A stretch of DNA of 64,000 bases from Halomarina oriensis. GTDB taxonomy: Archaea; Halobacteriota; Halobacteria; Halobacteriales; Haloarculaceae. Positions 1-8,508 of the stretch are shown here, piece by piece (the stretch's first letter is position 1; the number at the start of each line of letters is the position of its first letter). A program made the position numbers and the translations under genes. The notes beneath the pieces were generated by a model, which was given only the letters and a program-made list of their open reading frames with translations, had not been told where the DNA came from and ran no database searches. Location of the stretch: NCBI RefSeq assembly GCF_009791395.1, contig NZ_WSZK01000023.1:22665-86664 (forward strand), given 5' to 3'.

Positions 1-1415
1 TCCCGACGAGCGTCGCGTTCGACCGTGTGGAGGCGTTCGACGTGGTCGGCGACGACGACGAGCGCGTCGCCGGCCGGTGCGCCCTCGCGGGCGGCGACGA
101 CCAGCAACCCAAGCGTCCCGTCGACACGAGCGCTCGGGACCGTCGACAGCGCACCGTGCTCACCGTACAGCGCCTCGCCGACGCCGACACGGAGCGTCCG
201 CTGGCGGCGGGCCGTGTCGGCCAGCACGTCACCGATGGGGCCAGACACCTCCGCCGAGACCGTCTCGATGGCCGCCTCGACGGCCCGGCCCTCGCCGACC
301 CGTCGACCCACGAGCGCTAGCGCGTCGGGCAGACCCTCCTCGACCGCTCGGGTCCGGGTCCGCACCGCGACGGCCGGACGGAACCAGCCGACGAGCGCGA
401 GACCGACACCGGTTCCGAGAGCCGCGAGCGGGGCCATCCACGACGCGAGGAGGCGAGCCACGAGCAGCCAGGCGAGCGCGGCGAGGAGCGTCGCCGCGAC
501 CACGACCGGCCACCGTCGCTCGGGGAGGTCGGGGTGGTCGGCGGGGACCGGTGTCGCCGGGAACGTCGCCGGACGACGCAGGAGGAGCCAGCCGCTCGCT
601 ACCGCTATCGTCGCCGGCAGCGCGACGTCGTAGAGCGCCACGACCACGGGGAGCGTGAGACCCAGGCCGGCGACGCGGGCCGCCGGGAGCACCGCCACCA
701 GCGCCAGCGGCAGGAGGACGCCGAAGGCGTACAGCGCCGTCACCGGCCCGTGGAGCGCCGCGGCGGCCGCCGCCGTTCGGTCGCCGGCCCCGTCGAGGAT
801 GGCTCGCATCGCCCGGTCGAGCGTCCGACTCCGGTCGCCGGCGGGCGCACGACCCGCGGCCTCGACGAGCGACGCGGCGCGACGGAGGGCCGGGAACCGC
901 TCGCCCCACCGGTCGCCCCACGCACCCAGGCCCGACGCGGGCGTCCCGCGGGCACGCCGGACGTGTTCGGCGAGCGACCGGGCGAGCGGGCCGTCGTCGG
1001 CGCTCGCGGCGAACGCGGCCGCCCGCTCGACGGTCGGTTCGAGGCGCATCCGCAGGACGGCACGGGAGACGAGAACCGGCGCGGCACCCAGCGCCGCCTC
1101 CTCGCGGGCCGACGTCAGCACGTGCGGAAGCCGACGGAGGCCGTACCAGCACGCGGCCGTCCCCGCGACACCGAGCGGTGCGACCCACGGTGCGAGAATC
1201 GCCAGCCCCAGCGTCACGAGCCCTCCGACGAGCGCCGCCGCGTCGCTCGTCCGACGGACCGTCGCCGGGGAGAGAGACCACCCGAGGACGACCATCGCGT
1301 CGGCCAGGGCGTCGGTGTCGTCCGTCCCGGTGTCGAGGCCTCCGAGGAGTCGTGACGCGGCGTCGTCGAGAGCGGCCCCGACCGTCGAGACGAGGGCCGC
1401 GAACGGTCCCGTCAT
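1..1415 (-). CDS. Type II/IV secretion system F-domain platform protein (PilC/TadC/FlaJ-like polytopic membrane protein). C-terminus truncated by the window edge. Absent from the supplied ORF track.
   Basis: Own translation of the minus-strand frame starting at ATG 1413-1415 gives MTGPFAALVSTVGAALDDAASRLLGG...LAILAPWVAPLGVAGTAACWYGL...LYAFGVLLPLALVAVLPAARVAGLG... There are many hydrophobic helices separated by charged loops and no stop down to position 1. The ATG overlaps the TGA of the upstream ATPase gene (ATGA, 1412-1415). Confidence 0.6.
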   Translation of the reverse strand, partial: MTGPFAALVSTVGAALDDAASRLLGGLDTGTDDTDALADAMVVLGWSLSPATVRRTSDAAALVGGLVTLGLAILAPWVAPLGVAGTAACWYGLRRLPHVLTSAREEAALGAAPVLVSRAVLRMRLEPTVERAAAFAASADDGPLARSLAEHVRRARGTPASGLGAWGDRWGERFPALRRAASLVEAAGRAPAGDRSRTLDRAMRAILDGAGDRTAAAAAALHGPVTALYAFGVLLPLALVAVLPAARVAGLGLTLPVVVALYDVALPATIAVASGWLLLRRPATFPATPVPADHPDLPERRWPVVVAATLLAALAWLLVARLLASWMAPLAALGTGVGLALVGWFRPAVAVRTRTRAVEEGLPDALALVGRRVGEGRAVEAAIETVSAEVSGPIGDVLADTARRQRTLRVGVGEALYGEHGALSTVPSARVDGTLGLLVVAAREGAPAGDALVVVADHVERLHTVERDARR

Positions 1416-3289
1416 CGGCCGCGCCGTCGGGCGTGAGCCGCGACGACGTGTTCCGGCGCGAGGTCACCGGCCGTGACCGTCCGGTCGAGCCACCGTCGGC
1501 GAGCGTCGAGGGCGTCGCGCACGTCGGCGTAGGACTCGGTCGGTCGCGCGAGGCCCGCCAGAAACCGGCTGTTCCCACGGGCGATGCGGTCGCTGGCGAC
1601 GAGGTCGGCACCCGCTCGCTCGAACAGTGTGGCGAAGTCACCGGCGCAGGTCACCTCCTCGATGCGGGCCACGCGCCGGCCCGTCTCGACACGTTCGCAG
1701 GTCACGAGCAGGTCCGTCGCGGCGAACGCACCGTCGTCGACCCCGTGCTCGCGGAGACGGTCACCGACGCCTGCCGCCCCCTCCCCGTGGACGGTGCCGA
1801 GGACCGCACCGTCGTTCGACCCGACGCGCATCGCCTCGAACAGCGACGGCGCTTCCTCGCCGCGGACTTCGCCGACGACGAGCGCCCCCTCACCGAGACG
1901 GAGCGCGGTCCGCAACGCCTCGCTCGGGCCGAGTCCCTCCTCGTCGACCCGGAGGCGCTGGACGTCGTGACCGTGACGCTGGAGCGCGTCGACGGGGAGT
2001 TCCGGCGTGTCCTCGATGGCCACCGTCCGCATCGCCGCCGGTAGCTCGAAACAGAGCGCACCGAGGAGGGTGGTCTTCCCCGCCCCGCGCCCGCCGGCGA
2101 CCAGCGTGGCCGCACCGCGCTCGACCGCCAGCGAACAGAGTGCGGCCGCGTCGGGTGGGAGGGTGTCGCCGTCGACGAGGCCGGGGAGCGTCCACGCCTC
2201 GCGGTCGTGGGCACGGAACGCGAACGCGACGCCGTCGCTGACGGGGTCGGTGACGCCCGCGACGCGGACTCGACGGTCGCCCGCTCGGGTCGTCGCGTCG
2301 AGCGTCGGCGAGGCGCGGGAGAACGCCCGACCGCTCGCCCGGCGGAACCGCGAGGCGAGCGTCTCGACGCCGCGCTCGGTGAGCCGAACGTTCGTCCGCA
2401 TCGGTTCGCCGTCGGCGTGGACCCGGAGCGTCCCCTCGGCGGCCGGTGCGGTGACGAACACGTCCGAGCAGGCGGGGTCGGCGAACAGGTCGTCGAGGAC
2501 GCCGTTGCCCCGCGTGTGTTTCCGGAGGACGCGACGGAGCGTCTCGGCGTCACCGGCAGTTCCGTCGCTGCCGGTGGGGGCCGCCTCGGTGACCGTGCGG
2601 ACCGCACGAGCGGGTGCGCGTTCGCCGCCGGCGACACGTCCGGCGGCGAGTCGTTCAGCGGCGCGTGCGAGCGTCGACAGTGCCGCGCCGTCGAGACCGA
2701 GTTCGACCGGTTCGAGGTGGTAGGTCCGGAGGTCGTCGCCGGGTCGCTCGTAGACGCGAGCGACGGCCCCGGTCGACAGTTCCCGGTGGTCGACGAGGGT
2801 CGCACCGGGCGGGAGGTCCCGCGCGATGCGGGACCGAGCGACCGTCGGCCCGACGAACGGACGGAGTGCGTCGCCCTCGTCGGTGGCTCGCGCCGCCAGT
2901 TCCGCGAGTCCGGTCTCGGCGGCGATATCGGCGACTGGACCGGCACGCCCGGTCGCCTGTCGGGCGACGGCCAGGGGGTCGCGGCCGACACGGCCGGCGA
3001 GGGACTCGTCGTGGACCGCCGCCAGCGCGGCGAACCGGCCAGCGGCGACGAGGAGGGCGGCAGCGTCGGTCTCGTAGGCACGCTCGACACCGTCGGCGCG
3101 GGTGACGACTCGGTCGACGTCCCGGTCTCGCAGTGCTCGGACGACGGTCGCTCGACAGGCGGGGGCGGCGGCGAGTCGACCGTCGCCGGGGCAGTCGGTC
3201 GCGTCGACGAGCAGACGGTCCGTCTCGAACGCCGGGACGCAGCGACACGCCGGGTCGGTGTCGCCACGGAGGTGGTCGAGCAGTGACAT
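1412..3289 (-). CDS. Type II/IV secretion system ATPase (PilB/FlaI/VirB11-TadA family), 625 aa
   Basis: Walker A GGRGAGKTTLLGAL. Asp-box-like TVAIEDTPELPV. Conserved secretion-ATPase core downstream. The N-terminal domain is about 300 aa. ATG at 3289 was checked on the sequence. Confidence 0.85.
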   Translation of the reverse strand: MSLLDHLRGDTDPACRCVPAFETDRLLVDATDCPGDGRLAAAPACRATVVRALRDRDVDRVVTRADGVERAYETDAAALLVAAGRFAALAAVHDESLAGRVGRDPLAVARQATGRAGPVADIAAETGLAELAARATDEGDALRPFVGPTVARSRIARDLPPGATLVDHRELSTGAVARVYERPGDDLRTYHLEPVELGLDGAALSTLARAAERLAAGRVAGGERAPARAVRTVTEAAPTGSDGTAGDAETLRRVLRKHTRGNGVLDDLFADPACSDVFVTAPAAEGTLRVHADGEPMRTNVRLTERGVETLASRFRRASGRAFSRASPTLDATTRAGDRRVRVAGVTDPVSDGVAFAFRAHDREAWTLPGLVDGDTLPPDAAALCSLAVERGAATLVAGGRGAGKTTLLGALCFELPAAMRTVAIEDTPELPVDALQRHGHDVQRLRVDEEGLGPSEALRTALRLGEGALVVGEVRGEEAPSLFEAMRVGSNDGAVLGTVHGEGAAGVGDRLREHGVDDGAFAATDLLVTCERVETGRRVARIEEVTCAGDFATLFERAGADLVASDRIARGNSRFLAGLARPTESYADVRDALDARRRWLDRTVTAGDLAPEHVVAAHARRRGR

Positions 3290-3310
3290 GGGGGCGCTGG
3301 TCGCCCGTTC

Positions 3311-3736
3311 TCACTTCAACCCTCGCCGGACGACCACGACCGGGCGGCCGTCGCGCACCCGGTGGGTGAACACCAGCCGCGCCGATCCGGAGACGACGAG
3401 CGGCCCGTCCGGGACGGCGAGGTGTGGGGCGCGCTCGACGTGCCAGGGGCCGTCGCCGACGCGCCAGGCGAGTTCGCCGTCGTCGACCCGCAGGCTGCCG
3501 GCGCGTGCCCCCCAACCGCGCGTCGGGAGGTCGAGGCTGACGACCGTCCGTGCGGCCGGCCCGACGGCCGTCACGTCGCTCGTCGCTCGGAGACGCGCCC
3601 CCGCCGTCCGGAGGTGGTCGGTCGCGGCGTCGAGGCTCGCGGCGGTCCGGTCGGTCCGCGCCTCCTCGACTGCGGGCACCGAGACGGCCAGTAGTGCGAC
3701 CGAGACGACGACGGCGAGGACGACTCGGAGCGCCAT
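3311..3736 (-). CDS. Hypothetical protein with N-terminal hydrophobic anchor or signal (MALRVVLAVVVSVALLAVSVPAVEE), 141 aa. Second gene of the pilus/secretion-like operon.
   Basis: GC3-rich ORF lying 21 nt upstream of the ATPase gene on the same strand. Its start abuts the stop of the upstream gene (3736/3738). Confidence 0.5.
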   Translation of the reverse strand: MALRVVLAVVVSVALLAVSVPAVEEARTDRTAASLDAATDHLRTAGARLRATSDVTAVGPAARTVVSLDLPTRGWGARAGSLRVDDGELAWRVGDGPWHVERAPHLAVPDGPLVVSGSARLVFTHRVRDGRPVVVVRRGLK

Positions 3737-3737
3737 C

Positions 3738-4199
3738 TCAGAGCGTCTCGGTGACGCGAGCGAGGATGCCCGTCGGGCCGTCGTCGGCCGGCGTGGTGTC
3801 GGACGCGTCGGTCCTCTCGGTGGACGCGTCGACCGGCTCCGGGTCGGGAATCACGCGCCCCGTCGGGGCGAACAGGTCTCCGAGGGCGTCGTCGGGACCG
3901 TCCGGGCCGGTCGGCGTCGGTGGAGCGACCGACGAGGTGTCTCGACCCTGTCGGGTGTGGTCGGCGTCGGCCGGTCGGTCGAGGCCGTCGACGACGCCAC
4001 GGAGCGCGTCGACGGACGCGCGCAGGGCTTCGAGGTCCGCTTCGAGTGCCTCGACCCGTTCGGTGGTGACCCGTGGAGTCCGGAGGGTGGCGTCGTCGCG
4101 TGGGTGGCCCTCGGGGTCGGTGTCGTCGGTCAGTGCACGCTCGATGGCGGCGACGCGGTCGGCCAGCGAGCGGTCGGCGGTGGGTGAGCGGTCGGTCAC
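3738..4199 (-). CDS. Hypothetical acidic protein with coiled-coil segment (VEALEADLEALRASVDALRGVVDGL), 153 aa. First gene of the operon.
   Basis: Acidic, low-complexity haloarchaeal-type composition. Directly adjacent to the next gene on the same strand. Confidence 0.5.
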   Translation of the reverse strand: MTDRSPTADRSLADRVAAIERALTDDTDPEGHPRDDATLRTPRVTTERVEALEADLEALRASVDALRGVVDGLDRPADADHTRQGRDTSSVAPPTPTGPDGPDDALGDLFAPTGRVIPDPEPVDASTERTDASDTTPADDGPTGILARVTETL

Positions 4200-4314
4200 G
4201 GCCGTCGCTGGTCGCGGTCTGGTACTTGAACGCTCGGGCGTGAGAAGCGAGTGCGCGTTCGGTCGCCGTCCCGACGCGGTGGTGGGCGAGACCGGGTGGT
4301 GGCAGGGGTCGAGT

Positions 4315-5664
4315 TCAGGCGCGGGTGAGGCTGGACCCGTCGAACGTGGTGCGGTCGTACTCCAGGTCCATCAGGTCGAGGATGGTCGGGGCGATGTCGA
4401 GCAGGTCGGCGTCACCGACGTTCACGTTCTCGTCGTCGACGAACAGACAGGCGTTGTCGAAGCTGTGCATGCCGTTGCGCGGACCGGTCGTGAACACGTC
4501 CTCGGTGTGTTTGAACCCGGCTTTGAGGTCGTAGCCGTGGTTCGGAACGACGACGAGGTCCGGGGCGATGTCGTCGTGGTCACCGCGGAACGCCTCCTCC
4601 TTGGTGACGACACGGTCGGCGACCGTCTCGCCGTCCGGTCCTTCCATCGCTTCGAGTTCCGCCTTGAGTTCGTCGCGGACGGTCTCGTAGTCCTCCTCGG
4701 CGACGCTTCCGCGCGGTTCGCGGCCCTCGAGGTTGATGTAGAACCGACCGGGGATGAACGCGTAGGCGCGGGAGTCCTCGGCGATGTCGGCCAGCGAGTC
4801 GTGGTCGTCCCCTTCGAAGCTGAGCCAGCCGTTCTGCTGGAGCCACGCGTTGAAGTGGACCTCGTAGTCGAGGCTGGTGAATCCGTGGTCGCTGGCGACG
4901 ACCATCGTCACGTCGTCGGGCAACTGCTCGCGGAGGTTCCCGAGGTGCTCGTCGACGCGCTTGTAGAACTCGACGAACAGTTCCTTCTGGTCGGTGTCGT
5001 CCTCGTAGTCCTTGAACAGGAAGTGGTTGACCCGGTCGGTCGTCATGAAGACGCCGAAAAAGAGGTTCCAGTCGTCCTCCTCGATGTAGTGGCTGAACGC
5101 CTCGTAGCGAGCGTCGAGCGTCTCGTAGGCGTCCTCGATGAACTCGCTCTTGTCCTCCTGGTGGCCGAGTTTCGAGTTCATGTCGATGCGATAGCCGCCG
5201 GCTTCGAGCGTCTCGCGCAGTTCGTCGGGGTAGGCGGCCTTCTCGACGCTGGGTGAGAGGAAGCCGCTGACCATCCGCTGGACGTCGCGCTGGGGCGGGA
5301 ACGTGACGGGCACGTTCATCACCGTCGCCTCGCGGCCCGCGTCGGTCACGCGGTCCCAGAGACGGGTCGCCTGCACGTCGCGTCCCATCGGGACGTACGT
5401 GTCGTACGAGCCGTTCTCGCGGTCCTGAAAGCCGTACACCCCCGTCTCGCCGGGGTTGACGCCGGTCGTCAGGGAGGGCCAGCAGGCGCTGGACTCCGGC
5501 GGGACGATGCTGTCGATGGCACCGGCGGTCCCCTCGCTGGCGATAGCCGAGAGGTTCGGGAACGTCTCGGGGTTCTCGCTGACGAGGCTGTAGGGGACAC
5601 CGTCGATACCGAAGAAGGCAACGCGGGGGCCCTCACCGCCGCGAAGCCGGTCGAACAATCCCAT
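4315..5664 (-). CDS. Alkaline-phosphatase superfamily protein (type I phosphodiesterase / nucleotide pyrophosphatase family), about 450 aa
   Basis: Motifs consistent with AlkP-core: FFGIDG..., metal-ligand-like SDHGF and ...HG.... Likely start is the internal Met MGLFDRL (ATG at 5664), not the listed 5691. Confidence 0.7.
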   Translation of the reverse strand: MGLFDRLRGGEGPRVAFFGIDGVPYSLVSENPETFPNLSAIASEGTAGAIDSIVPPESSACWPSLTTGVNPGETGVYGFQDRENGSYDTYVPMGRDVQATRLWDRVTDAGREATVMNVPVTFPPQRDVQRMVSGFLSPSVEKAAYPDELRETLEAGGYRIDMNSKLGHQEDKSEFIEDAYETLDARYEAFSHYIEEDDWNLFFGVFMTTDRVNHFLFKDYEDDTDQKELFVEFYKRVDEHLGNLREQLPDDVTMVVASDHGFTSLDYEVHFNAWLQQNGWLSFEGDDHDSLADIAEDSRAYAFIPGRFYINLEGREPRGSVAEEDYETVRDELKAELEAMEGPDGETVADRVVTKEEAFRGDHDDIAPDLVVVPNHGYDLKAGFKHTEDVFTTGPRNGMHSFDNACLFVDDENVNVGDADLLDIAPTILDLMDLEYDRTTFDGSSLTRA

Positions 5665-5763
5665 GGTACGCCTACCACGACTAGGATACAAGAAGCTACC
5701 CCTCTCCCGTGCGGGCTGTCAACGACCGACAGCGCCGGACTGACGGCAGTCGATGGGGGAGAC

Positions 5764-5892
5764 CGTCGACGCTACTCGGCGCGGACGGCGTCCGCCGACT
5801 CGGAGTCGTCTTCGAGGTCGGCGGTCGACTCGCTGGGCCGCTCGAAGTTCTCCGGGACGACGGTCCGATGGTTCATGCCGAACGAACGGGCG
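5764..5892 (-). CDS. Candidate 42-aa micro-protein (MSARSFGMNHRTVVPENFERPSESTADLEDDSESADAVRAE)
   Basis: Own translation. Strong GC3 bias in an otherwise unassigned 340-nt gap. An AT-rich stretch (5893-5990) lies immediately upstream on the minus strand. Not in the ORF track because it is shorter than 60 aa. Confidence 0.3.
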
Positions 5893-6033
5893 CTCATAAC
5901 GGTAACACCTACCGCATCTACGGACTAATAATTACCCATAATCATAACACATGCGTCGCTCGCCGGTAGATTACCGACGAGAATAACGTGGTGGGTGGCC
6001 GGAGTGGACGGTCGGTCGGCGTGGACGGCGCGT

Positions 6034-6567
6034 TCAGCCGAAGTGCTGCTCGTAGAGGTCCTGTGCGTGTTCGATGGCGTCGTGGGCGGCCTGCTTGTCC
6101 TCCCAGCCCAGCGTCTCGACCTCCTTGCCCTCCTCCAGGTTCTTGTACGTCGAGAAGAACTCGTCTATCTCGTCGCGGGTCTGTCGCTGGATGTCCTCGA
6201 GGTCCTGGACGTGGTCGAAGCGCGGGTCCTCTTCGGGGACGGCGATGACCTTGTCGTCCTGTTCGCCGTCGTCGTCCATCTTCATGAGTGCGACGGGGCG
6301 GGCCTCGATGACACAGCCGGGGAACGTCGCGTCCTCGACGAGGACGAGCACGTCGAAGGGGTCCTCGTCGTCGTAGTAGCTCCGCGGGATGAACCCGTAG
6401 TCCGAGGGGTAGTGGACGTTCGAGTGGAGCACGCGGTCGAGGACGACGCCGGGGACGTCCTTGTCGTACTCGTACTTGTTGCGCTCGCCTTTCAGACACT
6501 CCACGACGGCGTAGATGGTCTCGGGTGCGTTCGGCCCCGTCTCGAGGTCTTCCCAGAGGTTCGTCAT
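6034..6567 (-). CDS. ppa: Inorganic pyrophosphatase, 177 aa
   Basis: Family I PPase signature region DPFDVLVL and conserved acidic residues. Length is typical. Confidence 0.9.
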   Translation of the reverse strand: MTNLWEDLETGPNAPETIYAVVECLKGERNKYEYDKDVPGVVLDRVLHSNVHYPSDYGFIPRSYYDDEDPFDVLVLVEDATFPGCVIEARPVALMKMDDDGEQDDKVIAVPEEDPRFDHVQDLEDIQRQTRDEIDEFFSTYKNLEEGKEVETLGWEDKQAAHDAIEHAQDLYEQHFG

Positions 6568-6743
6568 CGTCGGATGTGCGCGGATAGGCCAAAAAGTACT
6601 TTCGGGACGCCGGCCACAGTACGAACGAGAAATGTATACATCGAGTACTGTCTATAAATAGCGATTCTATCTGTATAATTATGGTTGGAAATCCCCGCCG
6701 AGTAAGGCGATATTGTCGAGAAACACGTTGCTGGTTGAGAAGT

Positions 6744-6753
6744 TTTAAATAGA
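6744..6753 (+). promoter_or_regulatory. TATA-box-like element TTTTAAATAG, 21-30 nt upstream of the padR-like ATG (leaderless arrangement)
   Basis: AT-rich island (6590-6773) in a GC-rich genome, lying between the divergent ppa and padR-like genes. Confidence 0.4.
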
Positions 6754-6773
6754 GGCGTAACCTCCGTTCGCTC

Positions 6774-7136
6774 ATGTCAGAGGCACAGTCAGTAGCAGGC
6801 GACCCGGGCATCAGTCGTGAATTGACAGCGTTCCAGCAGAACATCCTCGTCATCCTCGCCGAGGAACCACGGTACGGGCTCGCCATCAAGCGCGAACTCG
6901 AAGAGTACTACGACTCCGAAGTCAACCACGGGCGGCTCTACCCGAACCTCGACGACTTGGTCGAACTCGACCTCGTCGAGAAGAGCGAACTCGACAAGCG
7001 GACGAACCAGTACGCACTGACCGACGACGGCAAGCAGGCCGTCCTCGACCAGCTCAACTGGGTGTTCACCCGCTACGTCACCGACGAGTCTCGCGCGGAC
7101 GACCTGCGCGAACTCATCGACGCGATCGAGCAGTAG
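6774..7136 (+). CDS. PadR-family winged-helix transcriptional regulator, 120 aa
   Basis: Winged-HTH pattern QQNILVILAEEPRYGLAIKRELEEYYDSEVNHGRLYPNLDDLVELDLVE, typical of PadR. Confidence 0.75.
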   Translation: MSEAQSVAGDPGISRELTAFQQNILVILAEEPRYGLAIKRELEEYYDSEVNHGRLYPNLDDLVELDLVEKSELDKRTNQYALTDDGKQAVLDQLNWVFTRYVTDESRADDLRELIDAIEQ

Positions 7137-7173
7137 ACAGACCTGACATACGGCACGGGCATTCTTTCGGGCG

Positions 7174-7761
7174 CTACCGGTCCCGAGCGACGGCCATCGT
7201 CTTCTCGACGGACTCCTCGACGAGCGCACGCTGGTCCGCGCTCGGCCAGGCGTTGCGCGGGAAGTACTCCGCGAGGAACTCCGCGCGCATCCGGTCGGTG
7301 GCCGCCTCGATGGGTTTGAGGTAGTGGTTACCCATGAAGTCGGCGAACGCCGCCGCGTTGTCGCCGTGGACCTCGCCGTGGTGGTCACGGACCGTGGCGA
7401 CGATGGCGCGGTTGTGTGCGTCGACGGCGTCCCAGTCGGCGTCGTCGTTCGGTGCTTCGAGCGGAATCTCGACGGCGCGGTCGGTGTCGTCGACGCGTTC
7501 GACCCGGACGGACCCGTCCTCGTCGGCCCACTCGGCGGGGTGGAGCACGAGCACGTCGTCGTCACGCTCGCGGGCCAGGAACTCGTGGTCGTCGAGAACC
7601 GAGTCGCGCTGGTCGCGTGCGGCCGACGCCTCGCTCGGGTCGGCGGCGTCGCGTGCCAGTCTGGTGAGTCGTTCCGCCTCTTCGGCGACCGGTTCGGGGA
7701 GCGTGTCGTCGGCTGACTCCTCGGAGGTCAGGGACTCGGGAGTGGGTGTGTCGTCAGTCAT
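7174..7761 (-). CDS. Hypothetical acidic protein, 195 aa, co-transcribed with rnhA
   Basis: Its start ATG (7759-7761) overlaps the rnhA stop region (7754-7761). Acidic haloarchaeal composition. Confidence 0.5.
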   Translation of the reverse strand: MTDDTPTPESLTSEESADDTLPEPVAEEAERLTRLARDAADPSEASAARDQRDSVLDDHEFLARERDDDVLVLHPAEWADEDGSVRVERVDDTDRAVEIPLEAPNDDADWDAVDAHNRAIVATVRDHHGEVHGDNAAAFADFMGNHYLKPIEAATDRMRAEFLAEYFPRNAWPSADQRALVEESVEKTMAVARDR

Positions 7762-8344
7762 CGAGTGCCTCGTTGGCTAGTTCGTCGGCGCGGTCGTTTA
7801 TCTCGCGCGGTACGTGGTCGAGGCTCCACTCGTCGAACTCGCGGAGCAGTTCGCGCGCTCGGACCCGCTTCTCTCTCAGTTCGGGGTCGTTCGTGTTCCA
7901 CGCCCCCTTCACCTGCTTGACGACGAGCTGTGAGTCACCCCGAATCTGGAGGCTGTCGAAGCCGTAGTCGGCGGCGGCTTCGAGCGCGTGGAGCAGCGCC
8001 TCGTACTCCGCCTGGTTGTTCGTCGCGCGGCCGATACACTCGCTCCCCTCCGCGGCGATGCCGTCCCCGGTGACGATGACCCACCCCACCGCTGCGGGGC
8101 CGGGGTTGCCGCGGGACGCCCCGTCGAAGTAGACGTGCGCCCGGCCGCCACCGCCCTCGATGAGGCCGACGAGTCGGGTGGGGTTGCCGCCCTGAACGAC
8201 CACCTTGTCGTCGTAGGCGACGGCGGTCGCTCCCTCGTGGTCGGCACGCCACCGTTCGTGGTCGGTGTTACCCTCGTGGACGGCGACCCCCGCGGCCACG
8301 AGTCGTTCGTGGGCGTCGTCGGGGTCGCACTCGATGACCGGCAT
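7754..8344 (-). CDS. rnhA: Ribonuclease HI with about 70-aa N-terminal extension
   Basis: RNase H fold motifs HVYFDGASRGNPGPAAVGWVI ... NNQAEYEALLHALEAA ... N-terminal extension as reported for the Halobacterium RNase HI. Likely start is the internal Met MPVIECD (ATG 8344). Confidence 0.85.
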   Translation of the reverse strand: MPVIECDPDDAHERLVAAGVAVHEGNTDHERWRADHEGATAVAYDDKVVVQGGNPTRLVGLIEGGGGRAHVYFDGASRGNPGPAAVGWVIVTGDGIAAEGSECIGRATNNQAEYEALLHALEAAADYGFDSLQIRGDSQLVVKQVKGAWNTNDPELREKRVRARELLREFDEWSLDHVPREINDRADELANEALDD

Positions 8345-8474
8345 ACCTGCCGCTCGCGGCGGTGGCACGAAGTGGGTTGCGGTCGGCGTCCACACCGGAG
8401 GTAAACTCGCCCGAAAATCGCGTCACGGAGCGGGGTTACCGATGTGTCGCTCGGAACCCAACTGATGCAAAGAT

Positions 8475-8482
8475 TTAAATAA
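8475..8482 (+). promoter_or_regulatory. TATA box TTTAAATA (with upstream AAAGA BRE-like purines), 27-34 nt upstream of the tfb ATG
   Basis: AT-rich island 8440-8508. The spacing fits a leaderless tfb transcript. Confidence 0.45.
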
Positions 8483-8508
8483 GGTTCCCGTAATACTATA
8501 AAAACGCG

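Noticed and set aside
229-1641. 470-aa minus-strand ORF at the left edge
   Set aside because: Arg/Pro/Gly junk in the wrong frame. The real gene (PilC/TadC-like) is in the adjacent minus frame ending at 1415.
5709-5969. 86-aa plus-strand ORF in the 5.7-6.0 kb gap
   Set aside because: It runs through the AT-rich promoter-like patch. No coding bias in its 3' half. The opposite-strand 42-codon ORF looks more gene-like.
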